DNA of 64,000 nucleotides. It comes from Mobula hypostoma (taxonomy: Eukaryota). The notes below the pieces were generated by a model, which searched no databases, was not told the origin of the DNA, and saw nothing but the letters and a program-made list of their open reading frames with translations. Below, one piece after another: positions 11,079 through 23,214 of the stretch (its first letter is position 1; each line of letters begins with the position of its first letter). The position numbers and the translations under genes were made by a program. Where the stretch lies: contig NC_086109.1 of the NCBI RefSeq assembly GCF_963921235.1, forward strand, positions 30,506,001-30,570,000, written 5' to 3'.

Positions 11079-12930
11079 GACAGTTCACTGTTTGTTGTTA
11101 GATTGAATGTTGAATCTGTCACATTTTCCAGATGTTTTGTATTGGTAAACTGTTGCTAAGGTACTAGTCTAAGTTTTCAGGGGTACGCAAGTTAATAACA
11201 CCACTGTTTTTTATTTCCTAGTTTTTTACATTTGGGGATGTTGGATTTTAAAGGGGGAGATGTGTTGTAACGTGAGCGTAATTAAAAGTAAGTTAATACT
11301 AATTAGGATATCGGGGTGGGGGAGGTCTACTTCCGTTTTTGTTCTTCCGGTGGCTCTCAGTACGTAGTGTCCCCGCCATGCCGTACGGGTTGTGAAACCC
11401 TCTGTATATACGTAACATTTTGAATTTCGAGATAAATTTGTTTCTTTGGCATGAAGTCGTCGAGTGTGCCTTTTTCAAAGTAGAAGTTACCACAGTGTGA
11501 CACCTAAAATACTCACAAATTTCTACAGCTGTATTGGGGAGAGCATTCTGACTGGCTGCATCACTGGCTGGTATGGGGGGACAACTGCACAGGATCACAG
11601 TAGGCTGCAGAGAGTTGTAAAATTAATCAGTTCCATCTTGGGCACTAGCCTCCATAGTAACCAAGACATCTTCAAGGACTGGTGCCTCAAAAAGGCAGCA
11701 TCCATCATTAAGAACTCCCACCATCCAGGACATGCCTTCTTATTATTATTAGCATCAGAAAGGAGGTATGGAGGACTGAAGGCACACACTCAATGATTCA
11801 GGAACAGCTTCTTCCCCTCTGCCAGCCAGGAGCTAGAAATTGCTCACTCGCTCCACTTCAGATCCCTTTATGAGGACTGGTATGTGTTTTCTCATCTTAC
11901 CCTTTCCAAAGTCCACAATTTTCATGAAATTTGTTAACTTTGCGGCAGAGGGGGTGGTGTGGTTCTGTGTATAATAAATAATATTAAATCATTAGAAAGA
12001 AATGACATAGGATTGGAAGGTGTAGAGTCTCTATGGGTTGAGTTAAGAAATGGCAAGGGTAAAAGGACCCTAATGGCAGTTGTATACAGGCCTCCAAACA
12101 GCAACTAGAGTGGATTACAAATTACAGCAGGAGATAGAAAAGGCGTGTCAGAAAGGCAATGTCATGATAATCGGGGATTTTAACATGAAAGTGGATTGGG
12201 AAAACAAGGTCAGTACTGGACCTCAAGAGAGAGAATTCTTAGATTGTCTAAGGAATGGATTTTTAGAACAGCTTGTTGTTGAGCCCACTAGGGGATCCGC
12301 TGTGCTGGATTGGCTGCTGTGCAATGATCTGGAGGTGATAAGAGAACTTAGGGTTAAGGAACACTTAGGGAACAGTGATCACCATATGTTTGAGTTCACA
12401 TTGAAATTTGAGAGGGAAAAAAATAAAATCCAATGTGTCAGTGTTTCAGTGGAATAAGGGAAATTACAATGGCATGAGAGGGGAACTGGCTGAAGCTGAC
12501 TGGAAAGGGACATTTGCAGGAAGGACAGCAGAGCAGCAATGGCTGACGTTTCTGTGAAAAATGAGGGAAGTGCAAGACAGATATATTGCAAATAAGAAGA
12601 AATTTTCAAAGGGAAGAAGAACACTACCGTGGAGTCAGAGCCAAAGTAAAAGCAAAATAGAGGGCATACACGGAAGCCAGAACTGGTGGGAAGATAGCGG
12701 GTTGGGAAGCTTTTAAAAACTTGCAGAAGGACACTAAGAAGGTCATTAGGAAGGAAAAGATGAATTATGAAAGGAAGCAGGCGACTAATATCAAAGAAGA
12801 TACTAAAAGTTTTTTTTAAGTATATACAGGGGAAAAGAGAGTCAAGGGTAGATATAGGACCAATACAAAATAATGCTGGAGATATTGTAATGAGAGATGC
12901 AGAGATGGCAGAGGAACTGATTGCATATTT

Positions 12931-13592
12931 TTAGATTAGATTAAATTATGAGGACACTCAGTCCTCGTTTATTGTCATTTAGAAAGGCACGCATTAAGAA
13001 ATGATACAATGTTCCTCCAGAGTGATATCACAAAAAAACAGGACAAACCAAAGACTAACACTGACAAGACCACATAATTATAACATATAGTTACAGCGGT
13101 GCAAAGCAATACCATAATTTGATAAAGAGCAGACCATGGGCACAGTAAAAAAGAGTCTCAAAATTCTGATCGACTCCCGATAGTCCCCGATAGCAGGCGG
13201 CAGAAGGGAGAAACTCTCCCTGCCATAAACCTCCAGGCTCCGACAACTGCCAATGCATTGGAAGCACCCGACCACAGCCGACTCTGAGTCCATCGAAAAC
13301 CTCGAGCCTCCGACCAGCCGTTCGACTCCGAGCACTGAGCACCATCTCCGCCGAGCGCTTTGACCCTTCCCAGGCTGCCGAGCAACAAGCAAAGCCAAGG
13401 ACTCGGGGTCTTCTCCTGTGGAGATTCTGGATCACACAGTAGCAGCGGCAGCGACAAAGGCATTTCAGAAGTTTCTCCAGATGTTCCTCCATTCTCTCAC
13501 GTCTGTCTACATCAAATCAGGATTGTGCACGGCACCCTACTTGACAAATTACAGATATCATTCACCGGAGTGGCCGCTGCATGCTCTCTGGA
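12931..13592 (-). mobile_element. ~650-bp non-autonomous retroelement, copy A, (AATCT)n tail
   Basis: Reverse complement matches 19951-20600 and 58300-58940. Interrupts CR1 at a duplicated TATTTT. Confidence 0.85.
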
Positions 13593-14357
13593 TATTTTAT
13601 TTTGCATCAGTCTTCACAGTGGAAGACATTTGCAGTATATCGGACATCGAAGAATGTCAGGGAAGTGAAGTTGGTGCAGTGAAAATTATGACTGAGAAGG
13701 TGCTCAGGAAGCTTAATGGTCTGAGGGTGGATAAATCTCTCAGAACTGATGAAATGCACCCTCTGGTTCCGAAGGAAGTAGCTGGAGAGATTGCAGAGGC
13801 ATTAATGATAATCTTTCAAGAATCGATAGTTTCTGGCATTGCACCGGATGACTGGAAAATTGCAAATGTTACTCCGCTATTTAAGAAGGGTGGGAGACAG
13901 CAGGAAGGAAACTATAGATTGTTAGCCTGACATCAGTGGTTGGGAAATTGTTGGAATCGATTGTTAGGGATGAGATTACAAGGTACCTGGAAGCACATGA
14001 CAAGATAGGCCAAAGCCAGCATGATTTCCTGAAAGGAAAATCCTGCTTGACAAACCTATTGCAATTCTTCGAGGAAATTACAAGCAGGGTGGACAAAGGA
14101 AATGTAGTAGACGTTGTGTACTTGGATTTTCAGAAGGCCTTTGACAAGGTGCCACACATAAGGCTGCTTAGCAAGATAAGAGTGCATTGAATTACAGTGA
14201 AGTTCATAGCATGGTGGAGCATTGGTTGTTCGGCTGAAAACAGAGAGTGGGAATAAAGGAATCCTATTCTGGCTGGCTGCCGGTTATCAGTGGAGTTCCA
14301 CAGGGGCCAGTGTTGGGACTGCTGCTTTTTATGATGTATGTCAATGATTTGGACTAC

Positions 14358-14541
14358 AATTGCTGATTGCGTCGCCTCTGATCTGGGCCGACATTTACGT
14401 GCCGGGTGGCACCTAATTAATTAGCTTGTTTATTTCAGCTTTTTTTCTTAAAGACGTGTTGGGTGTGTCCCGGCCACCACTGCACCCCTGCATGCTTCGA
14501 GGCAATCTATCGGTCCACGGCCTGGAGGTTGGGGACCACTG
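14358..14541. mobile_element. Single end of a hAT/Charlie-type DNA transposon or MITE
   Basis: Ends in GGTTGGGGACCACTG, the reverse complement of Charlie-type TIR CAGTGGTCCCCAACC. The other TIR is absent. Confidence 0.65.
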
Positions 14542-14795
14542 GTGTTGAGGAAACAGAGAAATTTAGATAGTTTAGAGTAATGGGCAAAGAAATGGCAAAT
14601 GAAATTCAATATTGGAATATGTATGGTTATGCACTTTGGTGGAAGAAATTATTTAGGTGGGGAGAGAATTCAAAATGCAGAAATGCAAAGGGACTTGGCA
14701 GTCCTTGTGCAAGATACCCTAAAGGTTAACCTCCAGGTTGCATCGATTGTAAAGAAGGCGATGAAATGTTGGCGTTCATTTCTAGAGGTATAGAA

Positions 14796-17700
14796 TGCAA
14801 AAGAAAGGTGCTACACTTCTTAGCTTAATGGACCCAAGAACATAAAGTCTCTTACACAACTTAGTAACGCCGGCAAAGCCAGCAAAGCCAGCAAACAGGA
14901 CATTCCATGAAATTGTTAAAATTTTACAATATCACTTGAGCCGTAAACCATTGGTAATAGTTGAGATATTTAGATTTTACAAAAGGAATCAGACAAAAGA
15001 TGAAAGCAGTTCTGAATACACTGTGGAACTGTGCAAACTTTCCCAGTACTGTGACTTTCGAGAAGGACTTCCTGATGCATTAAGGGATAGGCTTGTAATG
15101 TGGCATACAGAGTCAAAGCACTCAAACGAGGCTACTGGCAGAAAGACACATAACCTTAGAACACGGTTTGACCATTGCAATACAGTTAGAGACTGCAGCA
15201 AAACTACAGAAAAGGAGAGTAGAATGTGAAATGCACAAAGTGTCCCTGAGTGGTGCAAAAAGCCAAAGATGTTATCGATGTGGCAAATCCTCCCATGAAA
15301 CAAATGACCATTGGTTCAAAGAAAAATTCTAAAGAAAGTGTCATAGACAAGGTCACATAGAGAGACTGTGCAAGGCAGACTAAAGGCACAACTGAGTGAA
15401 AAGTCTCAAACACAAAACTAAACAAATGCACAACGTTACTGAATATAAAACAGAATCAGACAATAGAGTCTGACAAAGGTGAACTGTCATGCCTAGAACT
15501 GCATTGTATAACTGAAGCAGAGCAGAAAATCATCTGGAATACAATAGAAGTGTCTGGTGTAAAACTGAAAATGGAGCTAGATGCAGTGTCAGCTTTGTCC
15601 ATAATTCCAGAGGATGACTACAACAGACTGTTTTCTAAGAAACCATTAGAGAAGACCTCAGTAATGCTAAAGACTAACATAGGTGAAAAAGAGTCTCCCA
15701 AAGGTCAACTAAAAGTAAATGTGGCATATGGAGGCCAAACACAACAGTTAGAGCTTTATGTATTGAAAAGTGGAAGGACAGCACTTTTTGGATGTGAATG
15801 GGTGAGAAAAATCCAATTAGACTGGCACTCAATCAAAGCTCTCAATGTGACATCAACAGGCAATGGCAGCCCAAATAGTAGTGCTAACCGGAGACCGGCA
15901 CAGCTCCTTAATGCTAATGAGGAGGTGTTTGAGAATGGGATTGGTATATTCCAAGGCATGAAGATCAGATATGAACTGGATGAAACTGCAACACCAAGAT
16001 TCCATAAAATGCATCCAGTGCGTTACGTACTATTTCCTAAAGTGAATGCTGAACAGCAGAGCTTGGAGGCATCTCGAGTTCTCTTCAATGTTGAGTGGAC
16101 AATTGGGCCAGGCCCATTGTCCCACTGCTCAAGAAAGGGAAGGCTAGAGCCGTCCGCATACATGTGGGGATTTCAAGGTGCTGTGCAGTATCCTCTGCCA
16201 CGAATAGAAGACATTTTTGCATCTTTGGCAGGTGGGGAGAGGTTTTCAAAGATGATTTGTCACAAGCCTATCTGCAATGGAGATTGAGGAGTCAAGCAGG
16301 AAGTTCCTCACAATCAACACTCATGAGGGACTGTTCCAGTATAATCATTTCATGTTTGCCATCACATCAGTTCCAGCAAATTGGCAAACAGGAAAGAGCA
16401 ATGGAACAAATGCTCCGAGATATCCCAGGACCACATGTCACCTTGATGACATCATTGTGACTCGCAAAAATAATGAAGGGTACCTCCAGAACCTTGGTAA
16501 AGTGCTTACCAGGCTGAGTGAGTATGGTCTGTGCTCAAGGAGAAAGAGAAATATGAGTTTTTCAAGAATGAAATCTCATATTGTGGACATGTCATTGACA
16601 AGCACGGCTTACATAAGTCACAAGAGAAGTCATAGGCACCCAGACTGGAAAATGTGTCACAACTCAAGTGATACTTGGGCCTTGTAAACTACTACCACCA
16701 GTTTCTCGCAAACTTTGAATGCATCCATTGAATGCACTGTTACAGACAGGAGGAAAATGGGAATAAGCAGAAAGAAGTAAAAGAGCATTCAAGGAAACAA
16801 AGAGACTAAAAACATCGAAAGAACTGCTCACCCATTATGACCCATCCCTGTCCATCAGACTGGTGTGCAATGTGTCCCCTTGTAGCATTAGAGCCATTTT
16901 CTCACACATTATGAAAAATGGATCTGACTGCCTGATTGTATTTGATTAAAGATCACTGATGAGCGCAGAACGCGAATACGCACAGATCGACCGAGAGGCC
17001 CTTAGTCCAGTATGGAGAATAAAGAAGTCCCACCACTACTTCTACAGACAAAAGTTAACACTAGTAACAGATCACCAGCCCCTTGTGTCCATTTTCAATT
17101 GCAGGAGGGGAATTCCACTGATGACTACTACCTGGTTACAATGTTGGACACTATTCCTAGGAGCCCACTCTTATGACATAGTGTTCAAGAGTATCAAACC
17201 ACACAGCAAGTGTGGGGTGGTTCATTTTGGTAGGTCAAATATGATGGCAGAATATAGCATTAATGGTAAGAGTCTTGGCAGTGTGGAGGATCAGAGGGAT
17301 CTTGGGGTCCGAGTCCATAGGATACTCAAAGCTGCTGCGCAGGTTGACTCTGTGGTTAAGAAGGCATAAGGTGCATTGATCTTCATCAGTCGTGGGACTG
17401 AGTTTAGAAGCCAAGAGGTAATGTTGCAGCTATATAGGACCCTGGTCAGACTCCACCTGGAGTACTGTGCTCAGTTCTGGTTGCCTCACTACAGGAAGGA
17501 CGCGGAAACCATAGAAAGGGTATAGAGGAGATTTACAAGGATGTTGCCTGGATTGGGGAGCATGCCTGATGAGAATAGGTTGAGTGAACTCGGCCTTTTT
17601 TCTCTGGAGTGATGGAGAATGAGAGGTGACCTGATAGAGGTGTATAAGGTGATGAGAGGCATTGATCATGTGGATAGTCAGAGGCTTTTTCCCAGGGCTG

Positions 17701-19766
17701 GAATGGCTAGCACAAGAGGGCACAGTTTTAAGATGCTTGGAATTTGGTACAGAGGAGATGTCAGGGGTAAGTTTTTTACGCAGAGAGTGATGAGTGTGTG
17801 GAATGGGCTGCAAGCGACAGAGGTGGAGGCAGATGCGATAGGGTCTTTTAAGAGACTCCTGGACAGGTGCATGGAGCTCAGAAAAATAGAGGGCTATGGG
17901 TAACCCTAGGTAATTTCTAAGGTAAGGACATGTTCGGCACAGCTCTGTGGGCTGAAGGGCCTGTATCGTGCCGTAAGTTTTCTATGTTTCTGTGCAATGC
18001 TGATGGCTTGTCACATCTTCCATTATTGGCAACTGAAGAAGAAATGTCTTCATACTGTGACCCAGCAGAGATGTTCCACACCGCATTGATGGAGCAGTTG
18101 CCAGTAACAAATTCCGAATTACACAGGAAACAAGGAATGACCTAACATTGTCAAAAGTCTATGAAATCACCGTGCAAGGATGGTCAGTTCATGGTAATTC
18201 TATGTTTCCAGAGTTCTCAGTGAGACGAGAGATCAACTGTCGGTATGTCAAAAACACAGATGTGTGGATCTCGTGTCGTGATTCCCTCTAAACTGCGCAC
18301 CAGAGTGTTAGAGCATCCGCATGAAGGACACCTGGTTACAGTCAAGATGAAGAGTTTTGCCTGGAGCTATGTGTGGTGGCTGGGAATAGATAAACAGATT
18401 GAAGACTTGGTCTAAAGCTGTCGGGATGCCAAGAAATTCAAAATGCACCCTCACAGGCATCATTACACTTGTAGAGTGGCTGTTGTCACCATGGAAAAGA
18501 GCACCTATTGACTTTGCTGGGCCATTCATGGACTCCATGTTTCTGAAGGATGCTCCTTTGAAGTGACTGGAAGTTATATGAATGAATTTAACCACATCAG
18601 CAAAGACTGTGTACTCTCTGAGGTCTATCATCACCAGAAATGACTTACCAGAACAAATAGTGGGTGACAATGGACCAGAAGCATGTCAGAAGAATTCCAA
18701 TTGTTTATAAAGAAAAATGGCTTCAGACATTTCAAGTCAGCTCCTCACCACCCAGCAACGAACGAGTTAGTTGAAAGGTTTATCCAAATCTTCAAGAGGT
18801 CCATTAAAGTGATGGACGAGGAGGACATTTCACTGCAGCACAAGGTGGACAACTTCCCTTTGGTGTATCGGAACTCTGTTCCTGCATCGACAAATCAAAC
18901 ACCTGCAATCTCATTCATGAGCGGGGATCTGAGATCTCGCATAGACCTCCTGAAACCGGACCTGTGGAGGGAAGTGCAGAATAAACAGTTCAGCCAGTTG
19001 CCAAGTGAAGCAGCAAGGAGCTTTGTGGTTGGACAGACAGTTCCAGTGTGATTAATGAGAAGATAAGTGGACACCTGCTAGGATAGCTACAAGAACTGGA
19101 CCACTGATGTACACAGTGGATGTTGGAGATCAGAAATGGAGATGTTATGTGCACCAGATACTGGATGTTCAACTGAAGAACGCACCTGAGTCGACTACAT
19201 TCATCAAGATGGACACATTACAGTCACTAGACTAACCTCTCAGTGATGATCATGTCACTAACAGCAATGTGACAGTGGAAACTGAGAACATTGTCTTAGA
19301 CAAGACAATTACTAAACCCAGTGCCATTCCACAGGCCCAGGGGTGTGATGAGAATGTTATTGTTGACAAGACCCCTGCCAGATCTGATGCCACTGCACAA
19401 GTGCTATCCTGAAAGAAACAGAGCAACACCCAAAAGCCTGAAGCTTTAGAACTGTGAAGTTAGTTATGGACTGTTATTCTGAAAGCATGCTTATTCGGAA
19501 TTTGAGTTATGAAAGGGAAATTGAGTGTTTTGTACATATAGAGCTTTATGTTCCATTAATCTAAAGGGGGAGGAAGTGGAATGTATGGATCTATTGCTTT
19601 TAGAGCAAGGACCCCCAACCCCCACTTAGCACTCAATATTGATCTGTTGTCTATGCATATGCATTTCTCTCTCTCGCTCTCACAACAATGTGAATACACC
19701 AATTAAAGCCATCTCCCATGTATGTACTTTTATTTAATTGATATGTAGATGTGCACAGGCACAACA
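14796..19766 (+). mobile_element. Gypsy element 2: degenerate gag-pol with PPT and 3' LTR; 5' LTR lost
   Basis: Gag ELCKLSQYCDF..LRDRLV; protease KMELDAVSALSII; RT YPLPRIEDIF and CHLDDIIV; RNaseH YAQIDREAL and LVTDHQPL; integrase SAPHHPATNELVERF. PPT AAAGGGGGAGGAAG at 19563-19576; probable LTR 19577-19766. Confidence 0.85.
17210..17993 (+). mobile_element. 5'-truncated CR1 3' end nested in the RNaseH region of Gypsy 2
   Basis: VVHFGRSN..RDLGV..LVRLHLEYC..MRGDLIEVYK; (TTCTATGT) tail; GCAA duplicated at 17206-17209 and 17994-17997; host frame HSNADGLS is restored on removal. Confidence 0.9.
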
Positions 19767-19950
19767 CCTGACTTGTGTTTTCAGCCTTTCTTGAATAAAT
19801 GCACAACATTAGCCACCCACCAGTCTTCTAGTATCTCACCTGTGGCTATGGAAGATAAAAATAGCTCTCTCAGGCACCATGCAATTTCTTCCCTTGTTTC
19901 CCACAATGTCTTTGGATACACTAGGTCTGGCCCTGGAGGTTTGTCTATCT

Positions 19951-20600
19951 AAGATGGTGATGTGACGCCATCTGGTGAATAATATCTGTTATCTGTCAAG
20001 TAGGGTGCCGTGCAAAATCCTGATTTGATGGAGATGGATGTGAAAGCACGGAGGAACATCTGTGAAACTTCTGAAATGCCTGTTTCGCTGCCGCTGCTAC
20101 TGTGTGATCCAGAATCTCCGGAGGGGAAGGCCCCGAGTCCTCGGCTTTGTTTGTTGCTCGGTGGCCGGGGCGGGGTTGAAGTGCTCGGCAGAGATGGTGC
20201 TCTGTGCTCGGTGTCGGAGGGCTGGTCGGAGGCTCGAAGTTTTCGGACGGACTCAGGGTCGGCTGCGGTTGGGTGCTTTCAATGCATCGGCAAGTTTGCG
20301 GCGCTTGGAGGTCATGGCAGGGAGAGTTTCTCCCTTCTACCATCTGCGTGAGATGATGGGACTATCGGGACTTGAGACTTTTTTTTATCATGCCCATGGT
20401 CTGCTCTTTATCAAATTACGGTATTGCTTTGCACTGTTGTAACTATAGGTTATAATTATGTGGTTTTGTCAGTTTTAGTCTTGGTTTGTCCTGTGTTTCT
20501 GTGATATCATTCTGGAGGAACATTGTATCATTTTTTAATGCATGCATTTCTAAATGACGATAAACGAGGACTGGGTGTCCTCATAACCTAATCTAATCTA
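19951..20600 (+). mobile_element. ~650-bp non-autonomous retroelement, copy B
   Basis: Starts AAGATGGTG and ends GTCCTCATAACCTAATCTAATCTA; ATCTAAG occurs at both junctions. Appears to sit in an old minus-strand CR1 remnant (~19770-20950). Confidence 0.85.
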
Positions 20601-21002
20601 AGTATGCGTCATGACCACTCTTCTTCACTTCCTCTTTTATAGTGTGAATATCTTTCATGACATCACTATTCATATTCCTTAATTCCTGAGCATACATAAT
20701 CCTCTCCTCTTTAAATACAGAACAAGATTTATTTTTTTAAGATGTCACAAATTCCTTTGGACTTTCCTCATAGACAACCACTTTAACCCTGAAGCGGACC
20801 TTTTCTTTCCTTGGCTAGCCCTTTGATCTTCCTATACTTGGAAAGTCTGTCAGGGTTCGCCTTTATCTGATTTGTCAGTGCTATCCCATATCTTCTTTAT
20901 TCACTCCTGATTTTCCTCATATGCAAACTCCAAAATCTCTTCTTATGCTTATATTTTTATACAAAATACTCCTCTTATACTTCTTATTTTTTCATAAGTT
21001 TT

Positions 21003-21385
21003 ATTACCTGGCGTGTTGGTTGTCTGCCATTTCCGACGATGACATAACTGCACTGAGGAAAAGCTGTGGGTGAGGAGTTTTAAAGTGAAAAAGCTGTCGC
21101 ACTGCAGCAGTTGCATCCTCTAGGCCTCAAAAAATTTGATCGAATGGTACAAAAAATCGTCACGACTGGAGACTGCCTCAGTTGCAGTGGATAACCATGC
21201 TGCCTTCTGTGCTTTATCAGGTCCTTTGTGCTCCATGACGCATTGCAGCACCGTCTTTTTGGCCACTGGATCTTGTAGGTGATCTCATCTGCCCAGTCCA
21301 CCAGAACTGGCTTCGCATGCTGGGGTAGACATGTCCTTTCTCACTGGGGATGGAGGTTCCCGGCTACCCCCACCTGGTTTAGCCC
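21003..21385 (-). mobile_element. Short interspersed element, probably a non-autonomous RTE derivative
   Basis: GC-richer island in AT-rich DNA; minus-strand 3' end CATCGTCGGAAATGGCAGACAACC resembles RTE-type termini. Family assignment is from memory only. Confidence 0.4.
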
Positions 21386-23214
21386 TGGCAATCTGGTGTT
21401 ATCATTACAGAATCAAAGATAATTAACTTAATATTTTAAATGCAATTTGTTACTTATTTTGATTGTAGCTTTAGATTAGGAATGAAAGTTTAGGTGGAAT
21501 GGGCTCAGAAGAGGAGCTGAAGCCAGTATATATCAGCCATCATTGTATTGAGCAGTGGGGCAGGCTGGAGGGGCATGAAGGTCTACTGTTGTTACCATTT
21601 CCTTGTGATTTGCATTTAAATAAATGGAGCATTCAAGGCTGAATTACTTCTACCTATTTCCTGGAGGAAGTGAAATCACATTAATTTTATTGGTTAAGGT
21701 CATCCATAAAATGAATGGATGTAATAAAAATACAACATCCTAACATTGTTAAGTTTTGAAGGCTCTTGAGTGTCCAGTCAGAAGGTGAGGTGCTCTTCTT
21801 TGAGCTAATCTTGAACTTGATTATAATATTGCTGGAAACCAATGACAGAGAGATTAAATTGCTGCCAATCTGTTGCATAGTAATTATACTTCTTTATTCC
21901 ATTTTGACATTCGGGACCAGCTATGATGTGGATCAAGGCACAAAATGTTCAATAAATGTACATGCTGGAACATTTCTGCATCATCAGATTACACACTAAA
22001 TATATGGGAGTGCGAGTGGAATTAAGCAGGTGTGAAGAATATTTATTTATGAAATGTGGATTGATTTTGCCATTCATCAAAAATCAGTCTTTGTGGCAAA
22101 AGTTTAATAAAGGGCAGATAGGAAATTTAAAATGTCTGAAGTACTTCGTGGAAAAAATAAAGAATATTGACATTAGAATATAAAGAAGAAATACTCAGCA
22201 GGTGGAGATAGAAAAAAAAGTTAATATTTCAAGCTGCTATCTGTCAGAACTTGGAAACGGTTAGAGATAAGCAGCTTTTAAGATGCAGATGAAGTGGAGA
22301 AGGCAGGAGAAACAAAAATGGAAGATCAGTGATTGAGTAGAAGAGCGATTAAATGATATAACAAAAAAGCGATAGTGAAACAGGAAAAGTATTAGCACAA
22401 ATGAAAGATTAGTCTGGAGGAATCATAAAGTAGAAATATCTAAAATTATAGAAAGACGATATCATATCTGTCATGAAAATAGAAAATGCTGGAAATGGTC
22501 ATTTATTGATTTATTGTTCATTGAAATAACGTTATTAAGATAATATCATTAAGATAATTTTATGAATCTATGAGGTCATATGAAATTAATTATTGCCATT
22601 TCACAACATTGCATGTTCTTCATTATGGCAGAAAGTAGTTTTGTCAATTGAAGATACATACACCACAGAATCAACGGCATTAAAGCAAAACAAAATGTTT
22701 TGTTTTTGTAAACTGCGGAATTACTTTGTACTTCAAATGAAAAGCTTATTTCTATATTGTGTACTTACTACTGATTCAAATCACCTGAAGTTGTCATGAG
22801 TACATAAATATAACTGTTTCCTTTACTGTAATATCGATATTAACATATACCAAGGGTCAAATGTAAACGCTATTCTACCTTGACCACCCTGCCAAAATTT
22901 CTGAATGAATATTGATCTGCCCAGCATTATAAATGCCAAGATCTTCCATTCGGAATGGATTGTCAGGCATTCCCATTGAAAACCTATTTAGGAGAACCAT
23001 ACTTTTACTATGAAACTGTTAAGAATCTCAATACCACACAAGTAAGAAAGGAAACAAAAAAGCAAGATTAAATTATCACTCATTTTATTTTTGCAAATTT
23101 TGGATAATGAGTGTATTCAGAATGAGTGGATTGAGTGAATTGAGCTCCAACTGGTGCACATTTGACTGCTTAATTATAATGGGAATCTGTACAATTTTCT
23201 ACACCATTCGTTGT

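Larger units (their letters stand above)
6229..11494 (+). mobile_element. Gypsy (Ty3) LTR retrotransposon 1, two LTRs, internally deleted
   Basis: 5' LTR 6229-6439 and 3' LTR 11263-11494 (TGTTG...CCACA); 4-bp TSD GTGT. PBS TGGCAACGA resembles the tRNA-Ser(GCT) primer site TGGCGACGAG; PPT AAAGGGGGAGA. Confidence 0.95.
6131..11824 (+). mobile_element. Rex1/Babar RT C-terminal fragment (6131-6228 plus 11495-11824), split by a Gypsy insertion
   Basis: ISESLTWSQH...KKARQRLYFIRSL rejoins GVTPKILTNFYSCIGESILTGCITGWYG once the Gypsy and one GTGT copy are removed. Confidence 0.85.
11948..14795 (+). mobile_element. Degenerate CR1 ORF2 (EN plus RT) carrying two insertions
   Basis: ESLWVELRNGKG...VYRPPNS, IIGDFN, GNSDHH, YLDFQKAFDKVPH, GVPQGPVLG; many stops and frameshifts. 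Confidence 0.9.

Noticed and set aside
13078..13492. Overlapping ORFs in the 650-bp element (also 19996-20442 and 58368-58791)
   Set aside because: Frames and lengths are not conserved among the three copies; expected from GC-rich repeat sequence.
19604..19622. hAT TIR pairing with the end at 14541
   Set aside because: Short, imperfect match, and the two ends face away from each other, so they cannot bound one element.
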